A stretch of DNA of 64,000 nucleotides from Octopus sinensis (Eukaryota): assembly GCF_006345805.1 (NCBI RefSeq), contig NC_043006.1, forward strand, positions 79,050,001 through 79,114,000, written 5' to 3'. How positions within the stretch are numbered: position 1 is the stretch's first letter; each line of letters starts with the position of its first letter. This document shows, in pieces, positions 12,641 through 26,324 of the stretch. The translations under genes were made by a program, and so were the position numbers. The notes beneath the pieces are model-generated. The model worked only from the letters and a program-made list of their open reading frames with translations. It was not told the origin of the DNA and did not search any database.

Positions 12641-14245
12641 TACGAATTCTATGTATTTATGCCAGATTTGTTTGTCAGCCTCTTGTAAGACGTCTACAGT
12701 AACTAACAGCAGAACAGGAGAATTCCTAGTACTGTTAGCCGGGGGTGTGGTAACACTGCTGAGAAAGGACATACTAAGGATTTTCGGTCCATATCTCTGC
12801 TGAACGCAGAGTTTAAGATTCTGACCAAGGTGTTAGGGAAAAGGTTGGTGCTTGTCGTCGGATACATTGTAAGGGAATATGAGTCGGGCTAAAATCAATG
12901 CTGACAAGTTGGTGGGATCGATGCTGTCGGACGGCATTGTTGGACGATGGACTGAAAGACCAGTTAAAATGCTTGGTATCGGTTTCGGTCTCGACCTCCA
13001 GGTGGATAAGAATTGGGAAAAGGTGAACTGGGTGGCCTGTCTTACCTAGAAATGGTCAGAGAGAAAGTTATCCCTGAAAGGTCGATCAGAGGTAGCGAAT
13101 GTCTATATCGTCTGTCATTATTTATCGTCTGACCGTTGTGCCATGCCCCAGTTATTGCTTGATTAGATTGGAGCGTATCCTCTTTATTTTCTTGTGGAAG
13201 GGACGCCTTCCAATGTTCAGTCGGTCAGTCTGTTGCCAACTCCCTCTGCGCGGCGGCTTGGGCATGCCATGGCTTTTGCTGCGCAGACACGCACTCAGGT
13301 TGCGCCACCTGTAACGATTTCTAGAAGGTGAATGTGTGTGGGCTCCGTTTGTGAGACACGCCTTTCCACAGCTCGTTTCCTTGATGGAGCTGCTGTCCTG
13401 GGTAAAAGATAGGCCGTGACTAGGTGCCTGGCACTTAGAATGCCGTCAGGTGCTCACTGTCCTCTAGAAGTCGGGCAACAGGATCGGTGGATGTTCCACT
13501 TTAGCTATTAGTAATGAAGAAGTGCGACGACGTCCTCGGGAGAGCCTAGGCATCGACGAAGACGATCTGGCAAGTCTATTCGGGAGGACTTTCCGGTCGG
13601 GGACTATTATGGATAATTTCTAGATGTCTTTGGCCTGGCAGTGTTACCGGGGGCGAGGGGAGTTACCTGTTCGAGATAAGCCCTACAGACACGAGTGTGC
13701 TATCAGTCGGGCCTGTCTGATGTGCTCGCAGAGCGACGAAACTGTTCTGTATGCACTTGTTCAGTATCCGGGTGTTGCTGACTTGTGGAGTTATGTTGAA
13801 CAGCTGCTGTCGCGTGTGGGACAGATCTATCTGTCAGCCGAGTCCCAAACGAGTATTGCCCCGCTACCCTCCTTTAATTGGGCAAGGCAGTTTTCCTTTG
13901 TCTGGTGGCTGTGGCGAAAGAGGTTGTCTGGTGTACGAGGTTGAAAGAAATGAGAACAGAAACATTCCTCTTTGGTAAAGCCCTCATCGACTTTTCCAAG
14001 TTTCATTTGAAAAAGAAAGTGAGGGTGGAGAAGAAGATGCTGTGAATTTATCAAAAGGTTGGTGAAAGTTGCGAAAATGGCGAAAGTTGCGAAAATGGCA
14101 AGAGTGTAGACCTGTGAGTCGGAAGAAAGAAATTTGGAAAGGGCATTGATCCTTGGTATTCAGTGTGATCTTGGATGGTGGAGTTCCTTGTGTCTCCCAA
14201 GAAGTCCGCCTGCATCAGGAGGAACCTATCACTATCACCTTTTTT
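12640..14245 (+). mobile_element. Tx1/L1-like LINE ORF2 fragment (internally deleted, disrupted)
   Basis: ISLLNAEFKILTKVL, CCQLPLRGGLGMPWL, and zf-RVT-like LPVRDK..RACLMCSQSDETVLYALVQYP; homologous to 40800-42500. Confidence 0.85.
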
Positions 14246-14249
14246 CTTC

Positions 14250-16696
14250 TAGTGTCGTACACTTATGTATACGATCGATTGGCCCGCATCAATTTGTACA
14301 ACATCTTCCCGGTTCGGCCAGGCCCTTCTTGACGTGGCTGAAGATTGTTTTCTATCGCAACATGTTGAATATCCGACAAGGCATCGGTCTGGGCAGCAGC
14401 CATCTATGCTAGATCTGGTATTCTCCCGTTATCCAAGATCAGTGTCAGACGTATCTGTGTGCGCCCCTCTTGCCAATAGTGATCATGCGGTCCTGAAGTT
14501 CGTCATGCACACAACTTTTTCTACGCCCACGATTACTTCGCTGCCACGTAGAGTCTTCTCTGCAATTAATCTTGAAATTCTAACCGAGGCTTCCGCGCTT
14601 CTGGACTGGCGATCCCTGATGACGTTGTCCTCAGTTGACGAACTATGGTCATCCCTCAAAGCATATGTAATCTGTTTGACTGACCAGGCAGTTCCCGTTG
14701 GGCTTCCCAAGAGGAAGAAACACAAGCCCTGGTGACGAAGAAGGTTAAACGAGAACGTCGACTCAGAGATATTGCTTGGGCTGAATTCAAAAATCTGGAT
14801 TCGACTGCAGCTTTTGAGGTGTACAAAACTCAACGAGACCGAGCCGTGAAAATTGAAAAGAAAGAACGCTTCAGTTATGAATACAAAATCGCGGCAAATG
14901 CCAGTAGCAATCCAAAAACCTTCTTTGCCCATGTCCAGCGGAATTCCCGCTTGAACAACCAAATTGCAACGTTGGTAGACTCAACAGGCGTATCGATTGA
15001 GGACCCTTATCAACAGAGTCAATTATTTGCCGAGGCTTTTTCAACTATTTTCAAACAAGATGATGGTCGTGAACCCCCTCCATTTGATAGATCGGTACCT
15101 CCAATGCTTCGATTGGTCATCACGCGGGACGAAGTCAAACGTGTTATTCAAGGCCTCGATGTCAACAAGGGTCACGGCCCTGACGGCATACACCCACGGG
15201 TTATCAAAGCGTTGGCTCCGGTCATCTGCGAGCCCTTAACACGACTATTCAATATGTCATTGGCGACGGGTGTTATACCTGCAGACTGGAGAACAGCGAT
15301 AATCTGCTCAATCTTCAAGAAAGGGAGCCGCGAAGACCCGCTTAACTACCGACCGGTTTCCCTTACATCAATAATCAGCAAGATGTTCGAAACCATCCTT
15401 AGAAAAGTATGATGCTCCACCTCCTAAACACAGCCTCGATCACTGATTCCCAACACGGCTTCGTGCCGAAGAGATCATGCTTGACCAACTTACTAGTAAT
15501 GGAAGAATTGGTGACGCGCATCCTCGATGATAGTGATGCTGTTGACATCGTTTTATTGGACTTTGCCAAAGCTTTTGACTCGGTAAACCACCGCCTACTA
15601 CTTGTCAAGCTTCAAGCATATAGTTTCCATCCGGATATTGTACGATGGGTTGGTGCCTTCCTCTCAGATCGCTCCTTCCAAGTTCAAGTTAATGGTTCGC
15701 GGTCCGACGTCTCCAGTGCGAGCAGTGGCGTGCCTCAAGGTTCAGTGCTTGGGCCCTTGTTGTTCTTAGTCTTCATAAATGACTTGCCCGACGACCTCAC
15801 CCTTCTATTTGCCGACGATATCAAACTGGTCGCTCCTCGCGGTAGTATAGAGGATCTTCGTCGATGCCTCCACCAAATTTGGAAGTGGTCTAACGATTGG
15901 GACCTGTGTCTGAACGTGTCAAAGTGCTGTCATCTGCCTGTCGGTTCTACTCCTGCAACTCAACTTGATTTCGAGCCGGGTCGTCTGCTGCTGGAGAGGA
16001 CCGATCAGGTAAAGGACCTGGGTATCTTGGTGGATTCCTCCTTTTCGCCTTCGGCCCAGTGCGTCCATGCTGCCAACAAAGCGCGCGGAATTCTGTTTTG
16101 ATTCGACGGTCATTCGGAATGCTCACAGCAGCCATATTCCTACCACTCTATGTCACGCTGGTGAGACCCATATTGGAGTATGGGATTCAAGCCTCTTCTC
16201 CTTATCTCCTCAAAGACATACAGCATCTCGAAAGAGTCCAGAGGCTGGCTACCCGCATGGTTCATGGTCTCAAAAATTTGTCCTACGAAGAAAGGCTGAG
16301 GACGCTCGACCTTATTCTCTTGAAAAACGCCGCCGCCGTGGTGATCTCATTCTCGCCCACAACATCATAAGCGGGAAGTGTAACCTCTCGAAAGAGCTGT
16401 TCTTCACTCCTGCTCCGGAGCGTCGGCTGCGGGGTCATTCCGAAAAGCTCTACCTGCGACGATTTCATCTCAATCGAAGGAGAGGAGCTTTCTCTCCGTC
16501 CGGGTTGCGGATCCGTGGAACAAGCTGCCAGACGAGATGGTGAAGATGCCGACGACCGCTTTGTTCAAAGCCTCCCTGGACCTCAAGTGGCCTGAACTCT
16601 TTACATGAACACCACCCTACTTAACTAACTCCATGTCCCCCTACATGGCCTTGCTATTTGCTTTTGAGCCAAATTAACTAACTAACTAACTAACTA
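14250..16696 (+). mobile_element. CR1/L2-group LINE, 5'-truncated, young, inserted in Tx1 3'UTR
   Basis: End of EN domain (LDLVFS..SDH), RT motifs GPDGIHPR, NYRPVSLTS, LDFAKAFDSV, GVPQGSVLGPLLF, LFADD; 3' stem-loop ccatgt-ccccct-acatgg (16631-16648) and (AACT)n tail. Confidence 0.93.
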
Positions 16697-16824
16697 CCAT
16701 ACTTCCCTTCTTTTGATATGTACCATGTATACTTTTTTCTTTCTTTCCATTATATGTAAAACCCCACACTTTATGTCTTTGTATTATCTCCCTCATACTT
16801 CGCCCTGGTGGCAAATAAAAGAAA

Positions 16825-16887
<63 letters not shown>
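16697..16887 (+). mobile_element. resumed Tx1-like 3'UTR with AATAAA and (ATT)n tail
   Basis: cgccctggtggcaaataaaagaaatcattattatt follows directly after the CR1 tail. Confidence 0.55.
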
Positions 16888-16889
<2 letters not shown>

Positions 16890-18194
16890 ATCAGTTCTAA
16901 TCAAGTATATTTTGTCCCCCACCAGTCGTCTCATTTGACACTCCTAGTTTGGATATCGATATATCTTTGACAGCATACTTGGACTACCAACAATTCTGAT
17001 TGGCCGATTATACTCTCGTCCACTTCTATATTGAACGGTTGGTAACTCCTGCTTTGAATATTCGTATGTTGTTCGACTTGCCAATCTAATAGATCTTCGA
17101 TTATTGACCTGAATATGGACAATCCCGCAGAGTTGGGACATTATTGCAATGTATTTCATAATCTTATAGATGTTGTAAGTCTTACATAACTGAATCTATG
17201 ATGTTACATCACCATAAAATCTCTTAATGAAACATTGAAAATTCATTTGTCTATTGATGTGGTTGTTGTTGTTGTTGTTGTTGGGGAGGGCGGGTTTATA
17301 TTACACCAGGCTTAAAGTTCCGTTCTGTTTATAATAGTCTTGTATTTGCCGATTACCAATTTCAATGAACTTACCTTCGTTGATGAACCATTCGCCAACG
17401 GAATGAATTATTTATCTGTTGATTTTTTTTTTCATACTGTCGAGCAATCACCTTTGGAGTACTCCACTTTGTTTGCAAATTAGCTTTTTTTTTTTTTTAC
17501 CGCAGTCCTTATGAAAGAAGAAGGGTAGGTGCAAACATCTAACGTTCAGGGACAGCTCTATGAATTGGCTGATTCTATTTTGTACCTGTCTAATGAAGAG
17601 CGGAAGCTTCGGTACCTGAACAATGCCGCATAGTATAACTACTATGGATTCAGCAATTTCGTCTAAATATAATCATTAATTTCTAAAATGATCACACCTG
17701 ACTTGACATAACATGTTATGTAAAATATACTATAGCTTTCATTTCAGAAAACTTATGTAACAATCAAGAAAAACGTGTAGGTTTTTCCAGTAACAAAATT
17801 TAAACCTGTTATAGCATGAAATTGTAAATAATATCTTTATATAACAAGAAGAGATACAAATACACACAAAAATATGTATAAGCTATTCACAGGTCATGCA
17901 AAAAACAAGGCACCTGTCCATTTCGTAATTAAATACATATCACGTATATAATTTGATTTGCCCAACCTACATGCATTATGTTTTGTACACCATTTGGGGT
18001 AGTTATCACCGTTCCCTGATTTCCGATCGCTGATATCTGATCTAGAAGGGTTTTTTCCCTCTCCCCCACGTCGGCTCGTGTAACCGTAAGGAATTTCTTT
18101 GTTGAAGTTTACTACACATGGTTAAGGACTACATTATCGAATGTATTTTTCTTATTTTAAAGATGTTGGGGCATAATTTGAAGAACATTTTACT

Positions 18195-18567
18195 GTTATA
18201 GGCGTAGGTGTGGCTGAGTGGAAAGAATCTTGGTTCCCACCCCCATGGTTCCGGAATCAGTCCTACTGGAGGCACATAGAGCAAGTGTCTTCTACTATAG
18301 CCTCGGGCCGACCAATGCTTTGTGACTGGATTTAGTGGATGGAAACTGAAAGAAGCACGTCGTGTGTGTGTATGTATTTGTGTGTGTGTGTGTGTGTGTG
18401 TGTTTGTGTATGTGTGTGTTTGTGCGTGTATGTGTGTGTGTTTGTGTGTGTCTGTGTGTGTGTGTTTGTGTGTGTCTGTGTGTGTGTGTCTGTGTGTCTG
18501 TGTCTGTGTGTTTGTGTGTCTGTGTGTCTGTGTGTGTATGTGTGTGTCTGTGTGTGTCTGTGTGTGT

Positions 18568-18610
<43 letters not shown>

Positions 18611-18812
18611 TGTGTGTGTGTGCTCGCCACCGCTTTACAACCGGTGTTGATCTACTTACCTCGCTGTAACTTAGCGGTTCGGCAAATATGTACGATAGAA
18701 TAAGGACCAAGCTTTAAAAAAGTAAGTACTGCAGTCAATTCACTCGAGTAAGAACTATTTAAGGTGGTGCCCCAGTATGGCCGCAGTCTTAGGCCTGAAA
18801 GAAGTAAAAGAT
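18195..18812 (+). mobile_element. SINE family B with expanded internal (GT)-rich microsatellite
   Basis: Head 18195-18360, (GT)n/GTCT tract 18361-18621, tail 18622-18812. Confidence 0.9.
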
Positions 18813-19029
18813 AAAAGAAAAGTGATAAACATTGTCACTAGTACGTCAAACGCCTCACACGCCCTTCCCTCATTCAATTGCGTATATATTCATACATACA
18901 AAGACATTTATGCATATGTGTTTGTATGCATGTCTATGTATGTATGTATATATGTGTGTATGTGTATGTGTGTGCGTACGTATGCATGAATGAATGTGTG
19001 TGTGTGTGCATTCATGTATGTATCATGTG

Positions 19030-19235
19030 GAAGAGAGTGTAATTCGGCAAAAGTACATGAAGCCAGTTACAACTACAGCCGGTTATTGACGGTAAAGGTT
19101 TTAGCTGCCAATTCTGTACAAGGCATTGTAGATCTTTAGCTGGGCTAAAAAGTGACATTCGATCACAGCACCAGTAACAGCTAAGCTTCGTGCAATGGCC
19201 ATACTCGATAACGAGGACGCAGCCATCATATATGT
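19030..19235 (+). mobile_element. RTE LINE extreme 3' end
   Basis: DGKGFSCQFCTRHCRSLAGLKSDIRSQHQ* (terminal zinc-finger relic) followed by ggccatactcgataacgagg 3'UTR. Confidence 0.6.
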
Positions 19236-19948
19236 ATATATACATACATATATTCATGCTTGTGAGTGTGTGTGTGTAAACGGGGCTCAAAATGACAACT
19301 AAGCCAGGGAAGGATATACGAGTTTGATATATATTTAGAGCAAATGGTTATTTATATTTTCCAGTATCCGTCCAGCAAATTCACTCTCAAATTAGTAGCC
19401 CAATGTAGGTGCACTTTAGGACCGAACCTAACGAAATGACTTGATTACGAAAGGCACTTCTTAACCACAAAATCATGACAGTGCCTTAACTGACATTTAT
19501 ATGGGACAAACATTTTTACTCGTGCTTTTGAAGCTGAGAATCGAGCCCGTGTTTTATGGCTTGGTCTAAAATTTAAGAATGTGACTTCTAATGCTTTAAT
19601 ATATAATACATTATGCGTAAGCTGCGATGTCATTGATGTGTAATGTTATATGTGCAATCATTCAAGTGGGTGTGATTTGTGATAAAGTAAAATATTTTGG
19701 TGACGAAAACGTTTATTAGATTTTATTGCTAAATTATGTATATATGTGTCTGTGTGTGTGTGTGTATGTGTGTAATTATATATGCCTCTGGTGTCATTAA
19801 ATAATGTATGTATATACACGTACGTGTTTATGTGTGAGTGAATAGGTACGGCTTTATAGGATTTAGTGAACCAAGCGAAAAATATTTACGTGACGCTGTA
19901 ATTTCATTGATTATATTGTTAAATGAAAAAGATCATGTGTATGCAGCG

Positions 19949-20001
<53 letters not shown>

Positions 20002-20137
20002 GGTTTGTGTTGGTGTTTGTGTAGGCATGGCTTCACCGAAGTTAGTAGGCCAGGCGAAAAATGTGATATAGTTTCTAGGAGATTCTAATTTTATATGTGT
20101 GCGTGTGAGTGTACACACGCATACACATGCACATATA

Positions 20138-20720
<583 letters not shown>

Positions 20721-21305
20721 GGGGGGTGAGTCAAAAAGTAATGCCATTTTGTTTAGGATAGGTATAATTACCAACACAGGAACATGTATCATACATCAAA
20801 ATGAAGCTGGTCCTCTGTGGATCACATCCCTATTTCTCAACATGGTCACCGTTTCTCTCAATAGCAATGTTCCACCTTCGAATGAGAGCATGTATCCCTG
20901 CCCCGTAAAATTCTGTTGACTGTTCTTTGAGCCACTTCTTCACTACAGTTTTCACTTCCTCGTCACTGGAATAATTTTACCTCTCAAACCCTCCTTCATG
21001 GGGCGCTAAATCTGGTGAGTATGGAGGATACTCTAAAGTTGTCCACCCGAATGAGGCAATTGTCTCCCTTGTCCTGATGCTTGTGTGTGGTCGAGCATTG
21101 TCATACAGAAGGAGGACATTGTCGAATGGCAAGTTGAGTCTTACTCGTCAGATTCTTGCTCTGAGCCTCGTCAGGGTTTCAATGTAGGCCTCAGAGTTTA
21201 TTGCTTTTCCTTTTGGCAAAAAATCGACCAGAATGACACCTTGAACATCCCAAAAGACAGTCGCCATTATTTTCCCAGCTGACTTTTGCAGTTTCTTTTC
21301 AGATA
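20721..21305 (-). mobile_element. mariner transposon 3' half with TIR
   Basis: SAGKIMATVFWDVQGVILVDFLPKG; SSDEEVKTVVKKWLKEQ; terminal gggtgagtcaaaaagtaatgcc next to TA repeat. Confidence 0.88.
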
Positions 21306-21324
21306 TCATTAGAAAAAGGTAATT

Positions 21325-22399
21325 AAAATTCATTAAATCTATCGGAATTCAAAAAGGTCAAATCGTTGGGGCTCGTATGCCAGGCGCTAGCGTAACGAAA
21401 ACAGCCGAAATGTTTGGTGTATCAAGAAGTATTGTCTCGAAAGTAATGACAGCCTTTGAGAAAGAGGGAAAACCTCCTCGTTAAAACAACACTCCGGAAA
21501 AAAATCAAAACTTTCAGATAGGGACCGTCGGGCTCTAATGCAAATTGTTAGAAAGGGTCACAAAAGTACAGCTCCCAAAATTATAGCAGAGCTTAATGAC
21601 CACCTCGAGAACCCAGTTTCCACAAAAACTGTTCGCTGGGAACTGCTCAAAGCTAGATTTCACGGGAGGGCTGCAATCAGAAAACCACTACCTTCAAAAA
21701 CAAACGTTGCAAAACGTTTAGATTGGAGTGAAAACCTACAGCATTAGTCCCTAGAGCAATGGAAGAATGTTATTTTTTCGGACGATTCATTCTTTACCTT
21801 ATTTCCGACCACCGGCCGAGTATTTGTGTGGAGACAGCCAAAAGAGGCATTTGGCCCAGACTGCCGTCCTCCAACTGTTAAGCATAGAAGAGGATCTGTG
21901 ATGATCTGGGTGGGGGTGTACTGCAAATATCTTGGAAATCCGCCGGCCCAATGGTTTGCCTTCATGGCAGAATTAATAGTCAAGACTATTTAAGCATTTT
22001 ATCTGACCAAATTCATCCTATGATTGCAGAACTGTTTCTGGAGGAAACGGCATTCTCTCAGGATGATAATGCACCAATTCACACAGCTAAAGTTGTTACT
22101 GAAAGGCACAAGGAACATTCTAGTGAAGTTGAACATCTTATCTGGCCACCACAGTCCCCAAGTCTCAATATTATTGAACATTTATAATGCATTTTAGAAA
22201 AACAAGTAAGGAGTCGATACAAGAACTGGAAATTGTTTTAGCTGTAGAATGGGCAAAAATTCCTTCGGAAACAATTCAAACTTTTTACGAGTCCATACTT
22301 CGTAGAAATCAAGCTGTAATTACTGCCAAAGGTAACCTACCCCATATTAAAATTAATATGTTTGAAATTTCAAGGTGTTTCCATTTTGTCCAAACCTTG
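21325..22399 (+). mobile_element. Tc1-like transposon (decayed transposase, right TIR)
   Basis: GQIVGARMPGASVTKTAEMFGVSRS, WKNVIFSDDSFF, FSQDDNAPIHTAK, WPPQSPSLNIIEHL; ends ggtgtttccattttgtccaaaccttg followed by TA. Confidence 0.9.
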
Positions 22400-22406
22400 T
22401 ATGTAG

Positions 22407-22439
<33 letters not shown>

Positions 22440-22514
22440 TGTATGTATGTATGTATGTATGTATAGCGATACATCATTATATATATATATATATAGATAG
22501 ATAGATAGATAGAT

Positions 22515-22561
<47 letters not shown>

Positions 22562-22605
22562 TAGATATTTATATTTATATATCTATACATATACATATAT
22601 ACATA

Positions 22606-22652
<47 letters not shown>

Positions 22653-22674
22653 CGATACATCAATGTGGAGAATA

Positions 22675-22910
22675 TACCTATTTCTTTATTACCCACAAGG
22701 GGCTAAACATAGAGGGGACAAACAAAAACAGACATAGGCATTAAGTCGATTACATCGACCCCAGTGTGTAACTTGTACTTAATTTATCGACCCCGAAAAG
22801 ATGAAAGGTAAAGTCGACCTCGGCGAAATTTGAACTCACAACGTAACGGCAGACGAAATACCGCTAAGCATTTCGCCCGACGTGCTAACGTTTCTGCCAG
22901 CTCTCCGCCA
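22675..22910 (-). mobile_element. SINE family A
   Basis: Full body and head; begins with atacctatttc multimer-junction remnant. Confidence 0.9.
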
Positions 22911-23204
22911 GCATCGCCCAAACGATCTCTGAACATTAGCTTAAAAAGAATTTAGCTAATCCTATCAGGTGGTGCTATTAAGTTAGATATGGCCTGGGCC
23001 AATCTTTGGTCGAAACGTATCTAAGTTATATATATATAAATCACAAACAAGGTAGAGGAAACTTATATATACACCATTCTGCTTAAATAATAGAGCTGCA
23101 AATACAATATCCGTACGTATCTCACGTCTGTTTTCATTCCTCCACTTCACTCTGTATTTCATATCTTCTCTGTATTAACTATTACTTAAACCTTTTCTCG
23201 CACT

Positions 23205-23252
23205 GTCCTTGATGAAGAGGTATATAAAATATCCCGGAAACAGCTGTAAGAC
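23205..23252 (+). ncRNA. degenerate type I hammerhead ribozyme motif
   Basis: gtcc-TTGATGA-a-gaGGtATATaaaATATCCcg-GAAAC-agct-GTA-agac; palindromic stem III ACAGCTGT; C3U core change. Confidence 0.5.
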
Positions 23253-23315
23253 CTCTTTATAAATGTTCTGAAAAATATTCACAGCCTTGGATTTTTTGAT
23301 CTCGTTCTGTTGATT

Positions 23316-23405
<90 letters not shown>

Positions 23406-24976
23406 CCTGATTGTGCTTAACTACATCACTACCTCTATATATACATACACGCGCGCATGCATATACATGCATGCATACAAGTATATATATATATATATAT
23501 ATACACGTATGTATGTTGTATATTTATTTATTTTTATGTACTTATGTACTTTTTTGTATGCATGTGTGTGTATATGTATGTGTATAAGCTTGTATATGTA
23601 CATATACATACATACATGTGTTCACACCATCATTTCACCATTTCCCAGTGCAGTTAATGCCTTTCTGGTGGCCAACAATAAAAAAAATATAAGGAATTCA
23701 GACCAACGTGAACAGCTCCTTATCACGAAACAAAAGCCAAGATTATATGCGGAAGACATACAAGAATTATATATATGTGTGTGAAATAATGGATGGATGG
23801 ATGTGTGTGTGTGTGTGTGTATGTGTGTGCATGTGTGCGTGCTGGTGTGTGTGTGCATGCGTGCATATGTGTGTGTGCATGAATGAGTATGAGTGTGTAT
23901 TGTTGATGTTGTGGGTGTCTGTAGTTGAGGTGAAGGGGTGAGAGGTATTAAGAGAAATTAGTGAGAGAAAGAAGATTATAAAATGACAACGCTTGCATAT
24001 AAGAGAGGGAGAAAGAGAGCGAGAGAGAGAGAGAGTCTATGTAAAGAATGATAAAAGAAAGAGAGGGAAAATGAGTGAAATGATAGGTGGAAAATAAGAG
24101 AGAGAGTTTGAAATAATACATGAGGAATGTGAAAGAGAGAGAGACAGAGAGAAACAGACTGACAGACAGACAGACAGAAAGAGAAGTGTAGAGAAAATGA
24201 AGGAAGTTGAGTTACGTCAAATAAATGAGAGAAAAGATTTTTATACATGATAAAGTATATGGTTTGCTGAAACTGAATCTTTCTCTTGCAACTTAGGTTT
24301 CACATCACTGCGATCTTCAGGAGAGATTTCTCGCTTAAAAAGTCGTTGTGGTGTAATAAACCAATCAATGTATTATGCCTACCACCTAAAATCATTTTTA
24401 GTCCATCCTATTGGTTTCCAGTTAGTTCCTGGCAACCCAATTTCACTCATAAATCTTTGGTCTATCCGAGGTTATAGTAGGAATATTTTTGCGAAATCCC
24501 ACGCAAAGGGATAAAATTTATAACTGAAATCCTTTACCACAGAAACCGGCTTTTCAATAAGACATCGTTAAAGGGAACTGTCTTTGATGTAGTACAAGAC
24601 GATAAAACTCTTTACTGATATCCCAACTATCGAACTAAGAGTCATCGAAATATAAATATCATGTCTCACACAAGCGTATTCTTTTTCATACATCTATCGC
24701 CTCTAGAGATGTCTAAAGATGAACTGACGAGAACCACTTCGTTAAAGTATCCAGGATATATCATTCTATGAGGTCGTAGACATCTGTGCTACCAAACGCT
24801 CCCATCACCACGTCGAAGGAGTCCACAGGATCGATTTGTCCGTAGTCTTATCTTTATTAGTAACGGGGTTATGTACCTCCGGCCAGCGGGTCTGATGGGC
24901 TACCTTTATTGTTAAGAGCAATGATAGACGTGAAACCAAAGGTAACTTTGTCATATATATGTGTGTCTATGTACCC

Positions 24977-25037
<61 letters not shown>

Positions 25038-25582
25038 TACATAATATATATACACATACGCATACATAATACATACATGCGTTTGTGTCTGTATGTGTGT
25101 TTGTGTGTGTGTACGTGTGTGTGTGTGTGCGTACGTGTGTGCGTGTGTGTGTATGTATGTATATTAGCACATCCAACCAAAACTAGATGTGTTGCGTATA
25201 ACGCCGTAGACTGCGATGAACGTCCCGAAAAATCACTTCGTGTTGACGACAAATGCTAAAAAGCATCGAAACTCTAAATCGATTGACTAAATTTCGTCAG
25301 AACTGACAGATGACACCACTGTGTCACGTTAGTTCACCGTAGAGTAAGATCATCAGCCCCAGGAAGCCAAGCACCGAATGCCAGACAGAAAATCAGCCAG
25401 ACCTATATAGTTTAGCACCGGTCAAACAGCCAGTGGTATCACGTGAGAAGCTGGCGGACTGTATATACATTAGCTGTTAGTATCAGAGGCAGCCTTTGTA
25501 GCGAATATTAATTAGCAGATCCAGCCTGACCGGGATGAAACTTAGAGTAGTTCACATTAAAATCCTCCATTAATTAAATTAT

Positions 25583-25830
<248 letters not shown>

Positions 25831-26324
25831 CATACATACAGAGACATGCTTACACACACATGCACACACATGCACACACACAAACACATACATACATACA
25901 TACATACATACATGCATACATACATACATACATACATACATACATACATACATACATACATACATACATACATACAAACCAGCAGATGTTAACATAAGGC
26001 TGAAGATTAGTGAAAAAGTGATTACCCTGAACTATTGAAAAATCTGCAGTTACTTACTCTATCCAGATCACAAGTTCAGGTTTATACCTATAATTATTTA
26101 ACAGACTGGTTAAATACCAATCTTGAAAAATCAAGCTTCTCAAAACCAGAAAGTAAGAAGCTGATTCGGAGACTACAGATTCAAGCCATAACTGGAACTG
26201 TAAAAATCTGTAAAACTTTCCAGAAGTTTCTTCTTACTTTATCGTTTAAATACATATGAGCTTGTCTAGACATGCAACTGAATGCATGAGGATACATATA
26301 TAAAACAAAATATACAAAACCGTA

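Noticed and set aside
16890-17160. DDE or GIY-YIG remnant (IEVDESIIG; KIYxIGKS)
   Set aside because: Single short motifs with stops and no second supporting motif
22985-23025. Hammerhead at ttaga...ggccaa-tct-ttggtc-GAAAC-GTA-tctaa (homologue at about 28205-28245)
   Set aside because: Stems fit but CUGANGA is absent in both copies; better explained as a LINE 3' tail stem-loop
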